From Phaeosaccion multiseriatum (taxonomy: Eukaryota; Protista; Ochrophyta, other classes): DNA of 64,000 bases. The stretch covers positions 1,240,001-1,304,000 of the forward strand of contig OZ218963.1 in assembly GCA_965112735.1 (NCBI GenBank), read 5' to 3'. Positions 1-13,600 of this stretch are shown here, piece after piece (the first letter of the stretch is position 1; each line of letters opens with the position of its first letter). The notes under the pieces are model-generated. The model was not told where the DNA came from. It did no database searches and saw only the letters and a program-made list of their open reading frames with translations. The position numbers and the translations under genes are program-made.

Positions 1-2511
1 CGAGCTGAGGTGCTGCCCCAGATAGGTCCATGTCTTTTCGTAATCAACAACGAGGACGGAGTTGAGTCCCTCCTCCACGCTCAGGCCCTGCAGCTCCGCC
101 ACCTTCGTGCTGATGCCGGAGTAAAGCTTCCACTTCTCGTCTCTGAACCTGTTTGTGTGGGAAGACAAAAGCATGATCAATAACAACAAACAACAACAAC
201 AACAACAACAACAGCAACAACAACAACAGCCGTGAAGAACAGCCCTGTGCCGAGCCCGAAAGGACCCTCCACGCACCCAGGGGTGGGCGTGCCAGATTGG
301 ACCCCGCCCCCCCCCCACCCACCCCCAATGAGACTCACTTATAGCAAAGGAGCGGCTCGGCCCCCGCCTCGCTGCTGTTAAAAGTAAAGTTCGCAAAGTG
401 TGCCCCCTCGTTGGTTCCGTTGCTCCACACGGGCACTTCAGTGACATAGGTGCGATTGGCCTCGAAGTCGTAGTGTTCGCCGAAGCCAATGACTTGTGCG
501 TACAGCGGCAAGATATTGGCAGGAACTTCACAATCATCATCACTGTCATTGTCCTCCTCCTCGCTGCTGCCCCCTGCTGTGGCATGGATCCATCGGACTT
601 TGTCGCGGACGGTTACGTCGCTACCGTGGAGTGCCCATGTTTCCATGACCCCAACGACGGAAACCTCCGTGCCGCCGATGTGTGTGGCCACACTCGACAG
701 CGTGTGAACGTATGTGCTGATGTTGTACCTGATAGGCGGTGAGGAAGAGAGAGAGAGTACAAGTTAAGTAAGTGAGCCAGAAATCGCTGAGTCAGCTCGG
801 GAGGGGCTTAGGCTCAGCACAAAATGTTACCCTACCCTACTCTGTGACCCCCTGCCTGTCTGCCTGTCTGCCTGTCTGCCTGCCTGCCTGCCTGCCTGCC
901 TGCCCTTGTGCCTGCCTGCCTGCCGATACGCCTACTGCTCATGAGCAAGTCCATACGCCTACTGCTCATGCTCACACTCACCATTGATACGCCTACTGCT
1001 CATGCTCACACTCACCATTGATACGCCTACTGCTCATGCTCACACTCACCATTGATAGCCTACTGCTCATGCTCACACTCACCATTGATACGCCTACTGC
1101 TCATGCTCACACTCACCATTGATACGCCTACTGCTCATGCTCACACTCACCATTGATACGGCTACTGCTCATGCTCACACTCACTCACCATTGATAGCCT
1201 ACTGCTCATGCTCACACTCACTCACCATTGATACGGCTCGTTGTCGAACTTGTAACAGAGAAACAAATCAAGTCCTGCGGCCGTCACGTCGAGGATGAAG
1301 GAGGCGCTCGCATTGGCACGCACAAAGCGCGAGTAAGAGCCGCTCTCTGAGGGAAGGGAAGGGCAGGGGAGAGGAATGAGCAGAGAGGGCCCGGCTGTGG
1401 TCAGGTGACGGGGCATTGAGGAAGTGTAACCGTCGAAGTGTAACCGTCGAAGTGTAACCGTCGAAGTGTAACATGTCGTGCGTTGTTGATGTTGTTTCTT
1501 CGTGCTGTTGTGTGGCTGTTGTTTTGTTGTTGGTAGAGAGTGGAGCTGTGTATGCTACTTTCCCCCTCCCTCCTCCTCCCTCCCCCTCCCTCCCCCTCCC
1601 TCCTCCTCCTCACTCCTCCTCACCTGCGTTCTGCAATAGAGCGTCCTGGCTGCCGTCATCGGACATCTGACAGAAGGAGCTGTTGGTCGTCCACTGAGGA
1701 GAAGAGGAGGGCGAAGGAGACAACGAGCGAACGCGACGGGGGGGGGCGAATAGGGAGAGAGGAAGAGGGAGGGAGGGAGGGAGGGAGGAGGGAGTGAGGG
1801 ATGAAAACATACAAGAACGTGCGGGGGGTACTTCGAGGGGGCGCTGGGGGGGGGGGAAGGGGAAGGGAAGGGGAAGGGGGAGGGGGAAGGGGAAGGGGAA
1901 GGGAAGGGGAAGGAGAGGGAAGGGAAGGGGAAGGGAAGGGGAAGGGAAGGGGAAGGGAAGGGGAAGGGAAGGGGAAGGGGAAGGGGAAAGGGCGAGTTCT
2001 TCCCCACTCCCATCTCCCACGGACCGTCACACAGAGAGACGTATGCCCTGTTGCTGCACTGACGTTGTGTCTCCGCCACAGCCGTTCCTCAGCGGATAGG
2101 AGGTGTCGGTGTCAGTCTAACACAAGAGGGCGTCTTGTTTCGGACACGGGTGGTACTGCATGGAGCTGATCAAGTCTGTGCTCTCATCCATGCACTGCCA
2201 TCCCCCCGTCCATTCATTGCCATCCATCCATCCATCCATCCATCCATCCATCCACTGCCATCCATCCACGTACCTTGATGAGGTCTGTGCTCCCATCGGC
2301 GATGATGCCGTCCCCCTCGACCACCCACTCTTTGGCCTGCTCTGCCACCGTGTGTGAGGTGTTGCCCACTCGGACAGTGGCATTGTGTAGCATCTTGACC
2401 TCGAGCACAGACACCCCGGGGTAGTGCCGCCAAGGCTCTTGGTCGTGCTGCGCGTGGTGGTAGTGGTGGTGGTGGTGGTGATAAGAATGGTGGTGGTGGT
2501 GGTGGTGATGA

Positions 2512-2545
<34 letters not shown>

Positions 2546-5500
2546 GGTGGTGGTGGTGGTGGTGGTGGTGATAAGAAGATGGTGGTGGTGGTGGTGGTGG
2601 TGGTGGTGGCGGTGCCGGGATGGCGCGGATAAGAGTCGGTGGATTAGGTTTGTTTTCCTGGCGAGAAGAAGAATGGTGATTATCTTTGCAGTGGGCGGAT
2701 CGAGTTCGTACAAGTACGTTGAGAATGACTGCTTTGAGCACGTTAACGAATGACTGCTTTGAGTACGTTAATGAAAGAGAAGGCGTTCTTGTGCTCAACA
2801 GAGGCATTACAGCAAAAGTAGAGGAGGAGGGCGGCACTCACTCCTTCGGCCTATCTTCTCATTCCTACCTTGTAGCATGAGGCGACCCAGTGGCCGCTCA
2901 TGGACGGCAGAAAGGTGAATGAGCCTACCAGGCTGCTACCCAGAGTCACGTCAGCCTCATAGACTACAGCAGGAGAGGGAACAATTGAGAAAGAGGGGCG
3001 AAAAGGGGGGTTGAGTCGATAGGCCTCCATAGGCCTCCATAGGCGCCCATGCGCCTCGATAGGTCTCTCGCCATGCCGATGTGGAGGCCGTCTGAGAAGG
3101 GCGCATAAGACGGCACAAGCTCCCTCCCTCCCTCCCTCCCTCCCTCTCTCCGTCCCTCCCTCCGTCCCTCCCTCCCTCTCTCTCCCCCTCCCCCCCTACC
3201 TCTCTCCCTCCCTCCCTCCTTCCCTCCCTCCCTCGCTCCCTCCCTCTCTCCCTCCCTCCCTCCCTCCCTCCCTCTCCCCCTCCCCCCCTACCTCTCTCCC
3301 TCCCTTCCTCCTTCCCTCCCTCCCTCTCTCCCTCCCTCTCTCCCTCCCTCCCTCCCTCCCTCCCTCCCTCCCTCCCTCCCTCCCTCCCTCTCTCCTTCCC
3401 TCCCTCCCTCCTTCCCTCCCTCCCTCCCTCCCTCCTTCCCTCCCTCCCTCCCTCCCTTCCTTCCTACCTACCTGTATCTGAGGCGGAGCAATCGGACGTG
3501 CCGTTGAGAATCCACCGAACTGCCATCAGCGGGAGAGGCGGGAGAGGCAAGAGGAGGACAACAGGAAGACAACAGGAAGACAACAGGAGGACAATGGGAG
3601 GACAATGGGAGGACAATGGGCGGAGAGGATGATACCAGTAGGCGGTCAGACGAATGCTCTTTTCGCTTTTGTTTCGTGTACCTTGTTGTGCTCACGTGTC
3701 GTGAATTGCAACCCTGACTCATCTGGTCAGTCAGTCAGTCAGTCAGTCAGTGAGTCAGTCAGTCAGTCAGTCAGTCAGTCAGTCAGTCAGTTAGTCGGTC
3801 AGTCAGTCAGCTCAGCTCAGCTCAGTCAGTCAGTCAGTCAGTCAGTCAGTCAGTCAGTCAAAGCAATACCTTGATCTCCGCTCCTGAGGTGCCCTCCACC
3901 GAATAAAAAGGGTTTGCGGTAGTCCGTGACAGCGATGTCGTCATCCCCGAAGCGATTGGCCGTTACAGTCTCCAGCAGTGCCACGTCAATACTCAGTGAG
4001 CCCCCGTAGTACATGGCCGGCTCGTTGGTGAAAGAGAAGCACAGCCGAGGCGAGGTGCCAGAGAGAGCTTCTGCAAAGGTGAAGGTGTTGGTGAACGCAG
4101 CCCCTAGGGCGGCCACTCCTGTGGTCGAGTTGGCCTCCTCGAAGGCCGAGTACTTGTTCGTGTTGTCACAGTCAGTACCAGTGGTGATCCAGTGCACGGT
4201 GTCGTCGTCCTCATTCTCATGGTCGTCGCCAGCCCGTAGGCCGTAACCGAAGAAGGTTAGTCTCTCAGCCACCCCTGCCACAGCAAGGTCGTTGCTGCCG
4301 ACGCTGCTTACAAAGCCGGCAATGTGCTTGAGCTCGAGACTCATGCTGGGGTACAGTTGGAATTCTTCGTTGCCGAAGCTGTTGGCGGAGAGGAGGGGAG
4401 GGGAGGAGTGGGAGGATGTGTGCATGAGAGGATGCATTCATTGACTTGATAGGAATCACCTTACAAACTGAAACTGAAAGTGTGTACCACGTAGTATTAT
4501 GTATGTACATGAGACGATGGGAGGTGAAGAGGCTGACAGCAGAGACAACAAACACACGCTTACCCACACACGCACACACATACACACACATACACACCTA
4601 CATACACACATATGCACGCACATACACACACACATACAAACACATACACACACATGCACACACACACACACACAGTGACCGTACCGGTAGCATAGACTGA
4701 CGTTGGTCCTATTGCTGGAGGAGACAGCGCCAGCCAGTGCAAACGTCCCTTCGGTGAGGGCGAAGTCCACATCGAGTTGCCCGTCCATTTCGCTGTAAGG
4801 CAGGCCTCCACGGTACCCATCCGGGCTGAGCATTGGTGCTACAGTTTGTGCACTGAGGCAGTCGACACTTGTGACGGTGTCGCCGCCGCCCCCCGAGGTG
4901 TCAACAACCGCCCAGCGTACCTTAGAGACGCCATACGTTAACAATACGTAAGCAAGCGTAAGTAGGGTTAGTAAGGAAGCGCACATACGAGTGCGGCAGA
5001 GACATTGCGCATTTGACTGAGTGACTGTGTGACTGTGTCCGTCCTCCTGCCTGCCTGCTTCACGGGACGGGACAGGTGCGTGACATGAAGGATGAGAAGC
5101 TAAGCGAAGCGTCCAAGGGGAACCAAACGCGTTCGCAATCCCCTTCACCTTGCCTTTCCTTCCTTCCTTCCTTCGTTCCTTCCTTCCTTCCCTCGAAGAA
5201 AAAGGCGAAACTTCTCTCCACCCACCTCATCGCTCTGCTTCAATCCGAAACCGTCGAGGCTGAGTTCCTTCACGTAATTCGCAACCGCCACGCCCTTGCT
5301 CCCCTGCGTGGCTCCCGTCACCTCATACACCTGCTTAACGTCCACACTCATGCCGGTGTATAACTTTGCCTCCCCCCCCCCCTTGCCCGAGAAGAGATAG
5401 CAGAGCCGCAATGGGCCGGCAGTGTGACTGCTGCTCGTGAAGGTCATCTCGATGGAGCTGTTACGCAAATTGAGTTGGGCTTTCTCGGCAGCGGCGGCGT

Positions 5501-5794
5501 CTGTTTCATAGTCAAAGAGCGTTACAGAAGAGGTGATGCTTGCATTCACTGCAAGTCCTCCCCTGCGAGCCGAAACCTGATACATGTGCAGAGGAGGGCA
5601 CACGATTCGATCGCCTCTCGCGTTAGAACAGAGTCAGTAGGACAGAAAGGAAGGAGAGGAGGGGGGGTGGAACACTGAGACAAGTCGCACCCCCACACCA
5701 CACCCCCCTCGCCTCAAGCAAGAAGAATCTGACCCCCTTGGTCGATGGACGTAGAGACCCTTGGTGCATGCACCACTCCTCCTCCCCCTCCACA

Positions 5795-5826
<32 letters not shown>

Positions 5827-6226
5827 CACACACACCCACACACCTCGTCAAAGACAAAGTCTCCACTGCACTCTGCGTCCTCAGTGGCGTTGGCGGTGGC
5901 CCAATACACGATGTCTCCGTCCTCCAGGCCGTACCCGGTGAACAAGAAGGTTTTCTCTTGGTCTACGACCGCGACATTGATGTCACCAACCAATACCGAC
6001 ACTTCAAGCACTGAGGGAAGGAAGGGAGTGAGGGGAGAGGGAGGAAGCGAAAGACGGACCGAGAGAGAGGCGGTGTAGTAGCAGCGGTGGAGTGGGAGTG
6101 GGGGCGGGGAGATCAGACGTGCAGGCAGACAGGCAGACAGACAGACAGGCAGACAGACAGACAGACAGACAGGCAGACAGACAGGCAGACAGACAGACAG
6201 ATAGACAGGCAGACAGACAGATAGAC

Positions 6227-6325
<99 letters not shown>

Positions 6326-6362
6326 TAGACAGACAGAATGACAGGCAGACAGATAGACAGGC

Positions 6363-6403
<41 letters not shown>

Positions 6404-7314
6404 GGCAAGCAAGAAGGCAGTCGGAGGGATGCAGGGCAGGGCTCCCAGAAACAACGGCAGGCACGCGGTATGAAACCGTCAAACCGTCTGAGAGGGCGGG
6501 AGGACATCAACACCCCGAGACGCCAACGTGGACGGTCATGTAGTCTTACGCAGCCTTACGTAGTGGTACCTGGTCTTGCAACTCACCTTTCTTATCCACG
6601 ACGGACGAGGCTACAGACGCAGAGTCTATGCGGTACCCGGTGGGAGTTACGGTGGTGACATTGAAGGCCCCCGTCTGCCCAACCTGTTGATTCATGTTGA
6701 TTCATGTGTAAACGAAGCAGTGAAAGCAGTGGTCGATCATCGATTAGAAGTATTAGATCAGTGCAGCAATGGAGAGCGAAGTGGGATGGGGTGGGGTGAG
6801 GTGGGGTGAGGTGGGGTACACGTGATCCATTTCCCTTCAACTTCAACTTCAACTTCAGCTTCAACTTCAGCTTCAGCTCACTTACCTCAGCCGGGGCGAC
6901 GAGCGGCCACAACGTGAGGGCAACTTGCGCACCCGCTGCAATGTCCTCAGAGGACTGCGCAGATGACGACGACGTATTTCGTCTCGCAATGGCAATGCAA
7001 TGCCCCGCCCCGCCTACCGAGCAGCCCAGACCCGTGTAGTTGGTGAAAACCTCCAACTCATCTCGGACAGATGCCTCTTCCGCACTCATGTCACCACCAC
7101 CCTCGCCGCCTGCTACGGTTCGGAGGGTTGAATAGAAGGCGTCTGAATGGGATAGGCCGACACTTGAAGGAATCTCTACCACCACCATGCCGAGTGGAGG
7201 GATGGGGTTGGCGAGGGTGAAGTTGAGGTACAAGCGCGTTGACAGGTTGGCGACGGTGTGTTCTAGCCCCGAAGAAGTGTCCAGGAAAGTTCCTGTGTTT
7301 GTGCGTGTGTGTGT

Positions 7315-7345
<31 letters not shown>

Positions 7346-7592
7346 TGTGTGTGTGTGTGTGAGTGTGAGTGTGCGCGTGAGTGCCTCGGGGGTCAGGGTA
7401 AATTAGCGTCAGGGGGGGTCAATGTATCACCTCTGTCAGGGGGACACATCAGGAGGGCTCCAGGACACAAAGTTGATAGTAGGACAGCCGATCGACTCAG
7501 AGCTTTCTCTTGACAACAAGGAGGAGGCCCTTGAAGCACACACACCCACACAAAACGAAAGACTCCGAATGGCAATGATACTTCACATGCGT

Positions 7593-7632
<40 letters not shown>

Positions 7633-10600
7633 CACACGCACGCACGGGCAAGCGTAACCGTCGCACCGCCAGACTCTTGACAGGCGTCATGAATGGCCTC
7701 CATCCTCCCCCCTCCCCCTTCTTCCTTCCCTCTCTCCCTTCCTCCTGACCTGGCACGATGTCGAAGCCCTCCCGACTCGGCCGATCCTCGCTGTGGAAGT
7801 CCGCGGACGCCTCATCAATGGACACGTGTCCATCGGTCTGCAGCGTCTTGAGCACTCGAACCCCGTCCTTGAGCCCCTCGTGGAGCGGCAGCTGAACGCC
7901 CGAGATGGACAAGTTCACCTGCGTACCGGCAGGCCACGCACTGCTGTTGAAGCCGTCGGCCGCGGAGGCCAGCCCTGCTGGTTTTAGACTGACGTTGACC
8001 GCCAGCCCGGCTCCATTGCAGGTTGCTTCGACGAGCGAGAGCGACGCATTCACACCCACGGAACTGAATGACTGATCCACTACTTGACATGCATCACTAA
8101 GTACTGTCGTGAAGTTGACAGGAAGGAGAATATACACAAAGCCCCTTGCAGGTAGGCTGTGTTGCGGGGTGAAGCTAATGTGGGCGGTGGTGAAGTTGCC
8201 GGCGACGAGAGAGTCCAGCCGCATGGAAGCCGCACGAACATGCCCAGGAGTGATGGGGGAGAGTGCGCTGGAAGTGCTGACGACCGACGCCCCGGCTGTG
8301 TTGACGGCATACACGCTGAACGTGTACGAGTGTCCGGTCACTAGGCCCGAGGTGATGTTCGTCGCTGAAGCCGCTGGTGACCCCGTGACGTTCCACTGGC
8401 CGGTGTCGCCGTGCCCTTCGTCGTCTGTACCCTCCCATATCACCACATAGCGGGTTATGACACTGTTGCGAGCGTTTGGGGCGTCCCAAGAGACTTGTGC
8501 CTGATTCAATATCTCAGCCCCGGAAACCGCCACCACGTTTGTAGGTTGGGTGGGTTCATCGTACACAGTCACCCCGCTGCCGCCCGCCGTGTTGACGCTC
8601 TCAAAGGCTGTAAAGTTGTTGGAAGAGGTACCCCAAACCTCCGTGGCGGTGAGGCTAGGTTTCCCGGCTGCCGTGTAATTGGAGCAAGTCAAGAAGGCTG
8701 AGCCTTCCATGTCCATCGCACTGTCGGTCCCAAACCCGACCGTCAGTGTTTGGGAGGCATTGGAAAGCGATGGCGTGGCTTGTGCGAGGAGCCCGCAGCC
8801 TCCGTACGACACTTGTACAGTGCTCAGTTCCAGCCGCACCTCCAACCCACCTACTTGAGTCAGACCGGTGTTGTTGGTCTCCAGGAGTGCGACTTTTAGC
8901 TCGTACATTGTCATCGCCTCGAGGTGGTCCTGCCCCAGCTCCCTCCCCGTCGATGTGAGGGATACGTCAATGGCTCCGTATATGCCTGGGGTGACAAGAC
9001 ACGACAACGCGACGGAGGAGGAAAGAGCAGGTCAAACGGAAGTACCAAGAGGAAGAGCGAGTGGAAGAGAGACAGGGCGAGACAGAGGGAGTGACAGTGG
9101 GAAAGACACAGGGCGAGCGAGACCAGAGAGCAACACAAACCAGCCCAAAGCAAAGCAAGAGAGCAAGAGCCAGGCAGGGAGCGACAGAGCAAGAGTGTAA
9201 GACTTGAGGCAAGGACAGGAGCACGGACGCACGCACACACGCACGCACACACGCACGCACACACGCATGCAACACCCACCCCTCGCCCCAGTTAGAAACC
9301 ACGCTCTACCCTCACGCTCCCTGCTACCTCCTCACTCACCCGTGGTGGACGAGACGGTCTGCGACCAGTTGCCCTGCACAGCAGTGTTATACCCGGCTAC
9401 GCGCACCCAGTAGGTGGTGCTCTGGTTGAGGCCCTGCAGCGACACCCTCGTCTCCAGCTCGTCCGTCACATTCGCACTCCACTTGCTTGCAGCGTCCGTC
9501 AACTCCGACTCCAGCGAAGCCTCAGACGTGGCGTACTCCACCACCCACCCATCCACCTCTGGCGAGCCCTCGTCCACCCACGCCAGCTCCAGCACCTCCG
9601 GTTGAGTGCGAGACACTTGCACGTTGGACGGCGTCAGCGGCACCGCGTACACTCGGATGGATGAGCTGTCGAAGACCGTCATGTTGTTGGCCGAAGAGCC
9701 GTACACCTCCGCCGCAGAGAGCATGGGCTTGCCGCCGGAGGTGAGGTTTGTGCACAGCAGGTATGCGTACTCCAGCATGGACGAGTCATCGGCGAAGGCC
9801 ACGGTGAGGGAGCTGTTGTAACTGCCGCCGCTCGACGTGGACAGGCCGCAGTCCCCATGGTCCAGGCTGTCTTGGCTCAGGGTGAGCAGCACTGACAGCC
9901 CGCCCACCTGCACCAGGCCGCTGGTATTGCTCGTCAGCCCCACTCCGATCTGGTGTGCGCGGTCCTCCTCCACGTGGTCCTGCCCCAGCTCCCTCCCCGT
10001 CGATGTGAGGGATACGTCAATGGCTCCGTATATGCCTGGGGTGACAAGACACGACGACGCGACGGAGGAGGAAAGAGCAGGTCAAACGGAAGTACCAAGA
10101 GGAAGAGCGAGTGGAAGAGAGACAGGGCGAGACAGAGGGAGTGACAGTGGAAGAGACAGGGAGAGGCAAAGCATAAGACCAAGAGCCAGGCAGGGAGCGA
10201 CAGAGCAAGAGTGTAAGACTGAGGCAAGGACAGGAGCACGGACGCACGAACGCACCCACGCACACACGCATGCCACACCCACCCCTCGCCCCAGTTAGAA
10301 ACCACGCTCTACCCTCACGCTCCCTGCTACCTCGTCACTCACCCGTGGTGGACGAGATGGTCTGCGACCAGTTGCCCTGCACAGCAGTGTTATACCCGGC
10401 TACGCGCACCCAGTAGGTGGTGCTCTGGTTGAGGCCCTGCAGCGACACCCTCGTCTCCAGCTCGTCCGTCACATTCGCACTCCACTTGCTTGCAGCGTCC
10501 GTCAACTCCGACTCCAGCGAAGCCTCAGACGTGGCGTACTCCACCACCCACCCATCCACCTCTGGCGAGCCCTCGTCCACCCACGCCAGCTCCAGCACCT

Positions 10601-13600
10601 CCGGTTGAGTGCGAGACACTTGCACGCTGGACGGCGTCAGCGGCACCGCGTACACTCGGATGGATGAGCTGTCGAAGGCCGTCATGTTGTTGGCCGAAGA
10701 GCCGTACACCTCCGCCGCAGAGAGCATGGGCTTGCCGCCGGAGGTGAGGTTTGTGCACAGCAGGTATGCGTACTCCAGCATGGACGAGTCATCGGCGAAG
10801 GCCACGGTGAGGGAGCTGCCGTAACTGCCGCCGCTCGACGTGGACAGGCCGCAGTCCCCATGGTCCAGGCTGTCTTGGCTCAGGGTGAGCAGCACCGACA
10901 GCCCGCCCACCTGCACCAGGCCGCTGGTATTGCTCGTCAGCCCCACTCCGATCTGGTGTGCGCGGTCCTCCTCCACGTGGTCCTGCCCCAGCTCCCTCCC
11001 CGTCGATGTGAGGGATACGTCAATGGCCCCGTATATGCCTGGGGTGACAAGACACGACGACGCGACGGAGGAGGAAAGAGCAGGTCAAACGGAAGAGGAA
11101 GAGCGAGTGGAAGAGACAGGGCGAGACAGAGGGAGTGACAGTGGGAAAGAGACAGGGAGAGGCAAAGCATAAGACCAAGAGCCAGGCAGGGAGCGACAGA
11201 GCAAGAGTGTAAGACTGAGGCAAGGAGAGGAGCACGGACGCACGAACGCACCCACGCACACACGCATGCCACACCCACCCCTCGCCCCAGTTAGAAACCA
11301 CGCTCTACCCTCACGCTCCCTGCTACCTCGTCACTCACCCGTGGTGGACGAGATGGTCTGCGACCAGTTGCCCTGCACAGCAGTGTTATACCCGGCTACG
11401 CGCACCCAGTAGGTGGTGCTCTGGTTGAGGCCCTGCAGCGACACCCTCGTCTCCAGCTCGTCCGTCACATTCGCACTCCACTTGCTTGCAGCGTCCGTCA
11501 ACTCCGACTCCAGCGAAGCCTCAGACGTGGCGTACTCCACCACCCACCCATCCACCTCTGGCGAGCCCTCGTCCACCCACGCCAGCTCCAGCACCTCCGG
11601 TTGAGTGCGAGACACTTGCACGTTGGACGGCGTCAGCGGCACCGCGTACACTCGGATGGATGAGCTGTCGAAGGCCGTCATGTTGTTGGCCGAAGAGCCG
11701 TACACCTCCGCCGCAGAGAGCATGGGCTTGCCGCCGGAGGTGAGGTTTGTGCACAGCAGGTATGCGTACTCCAGCATGGACGAGTCATCGGCGAAGGCCA
11801 CGGTGAGGGAGCTGCCGTAACTGCCGCCGCTCGACGTGGACAGGCCGCAGTCCCCATGGTCCAGGCTGTCTTGGCTCAGGGTGAGCAGCACCGACAGCCC
11901 GCCCACCTGCACCAGGCCGCTGGTATTGCTCGTCAGCCCCACTCCGATCTGGTGTGCGCGGTCCTCCTCCACGTGGTCCTGCCCCAGCTCCCTCCCCGTC
12001 GATGTGAGGGATACGTCAATGGCCCCGTATATGCCTGGGGTGACAAGACACGACGACGCGACGGAGGAGGAAAGAGCAGGTCAAACGGAAGAGGAAGAGC
12101 GAGTGGAAGAGACAGGGCGAGACAGAGGGAGTGACAGTGGGAAAGAGACAGGGAGAGGCAAAGCATAAGACCAAGAGCCAGGCAGGGAGCGACAGAGCAA
12201 GAGTGTAAGACTGAGGCAAGGAGAGGAGCACACGCGCACGCACATGCGCACGCACACACGCACGCACACACGCACGCACGCAGACACGCACGCCACACCC
12301 ACCCCTCGCCCCAGTTAGAAACCACGCTCTACCCTCACGCTCCCTGCTGCCTCCTCACTCACCCGTGGTGGACGAGACGGTCTGCGACCAGTTGCCCTGC
12401 ACAGCAGTGTTATACCCGGCTACGCGCACCCAGTAGGTGGTGCTCTGGTTGAGGCCCTGCAGCGACACCCTCGTCTCCAGCTCGTCCGTCACATTCGCAC
12501 TCCACTTGCTTGCAGCGTCCGTCAACTCCGACTCCAGCGAAGCCTCAGACGTGGCGTACTCCACCACCCACCCATCCACCTCTGGCGAGCCCTCGTCCAC
12601 CCACGCCAGCTCCAGCACCTCCGGTTGAGTGCGAGACACTTGCACGCTGGACGGCGTCAGCGGCACCGCGTACACTCGGATGGATGAGCTGTCGAAGGCC
12701 GTCATGTTGTTGGCCGAAGAGCCGTACACCTCCGCCGCAGAGAGCATGGGCTTGCCGCCGGAGGTGAGGTTTGTGCACAGCAGGTATGCGTACTCCAGCA
12801 TGGACGAGTCATCGGCGAAGGCCACGGTGAGGGAGCTGCCGTAACTGCCGCCGCTCGACGTGGACAGGCCGCAGTCCCCATGGTCCAGGCTGTCTTGGCT
12901 CAGGGTGAGCAGCACCGACAGCCCGCCCACCTGCACCAGGCCGCTGGTATTGCTCGTCAGCCCCACTCCGATCTGGTGTGCGCGGTCCTCCTCCACGTGG
13001 TCCTGCCCCAGCTCCCTCCCCGTCGATGTGAGGGATACGTCAATGGCTCCGTATATGCCTGGGGTGACAAGACACAACGACGCGACGGAGGAGGAAAGAG
13101 CAGGTCAAACGGAAGTACCAAGAGGAAGAGCGAGTGGAAGAGACAGGGCGAGACAGAGGGAGTGACAGTGGGAAAGAGGCAGGGAGAGGCAAAGCATAAG
13201 ACCAAGAGCCAGGCAGGGAGCGACAGAGCAAGAGTGTAAGACTGAGGCAAGGAGAGGAGCACACGCGCACGCACATGCGCACACACACACGCACGCACAC
13301 ACGCGCGCACGCACGCACGCCACACCCACCCCTCGCCCCAGTTAGAAACCACGCTCTACCCTCACGCTCCCTGCTACCTCCTCACTCACCCGTGGTGGAC
13401 GAGACGGTCTGCGACCAGTTGCCCTGCACAGCAGTGTTATACCCGGCTACGCGCACCCAGTAGGTGGTGCTCTGGTTGAGGCCCTGCAGCGACACCCTCG
13501 TCTCCAGCTCGTCCGTCACATTCGCACTCCACTTGCTTGCAGCGTCCGTCAACTCCGACTCCAGCGAAGCCTCAGACGTGGCGTACTCCACCACCCACCC

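Noticed and set aside
925-1236. 34-bp repeat array as a CRISPR
   Set aside because: Units abut directly with no unique spacers, there are no cas genes, and it lies in a spliceosomal intron.
3726-3859. (CTGA)n as a tandem branch-point array
   Set aside because: It lies at the 5' end of the intron, over 200 nt from the acceptor, and is adequately explained as an ordinary SSR.
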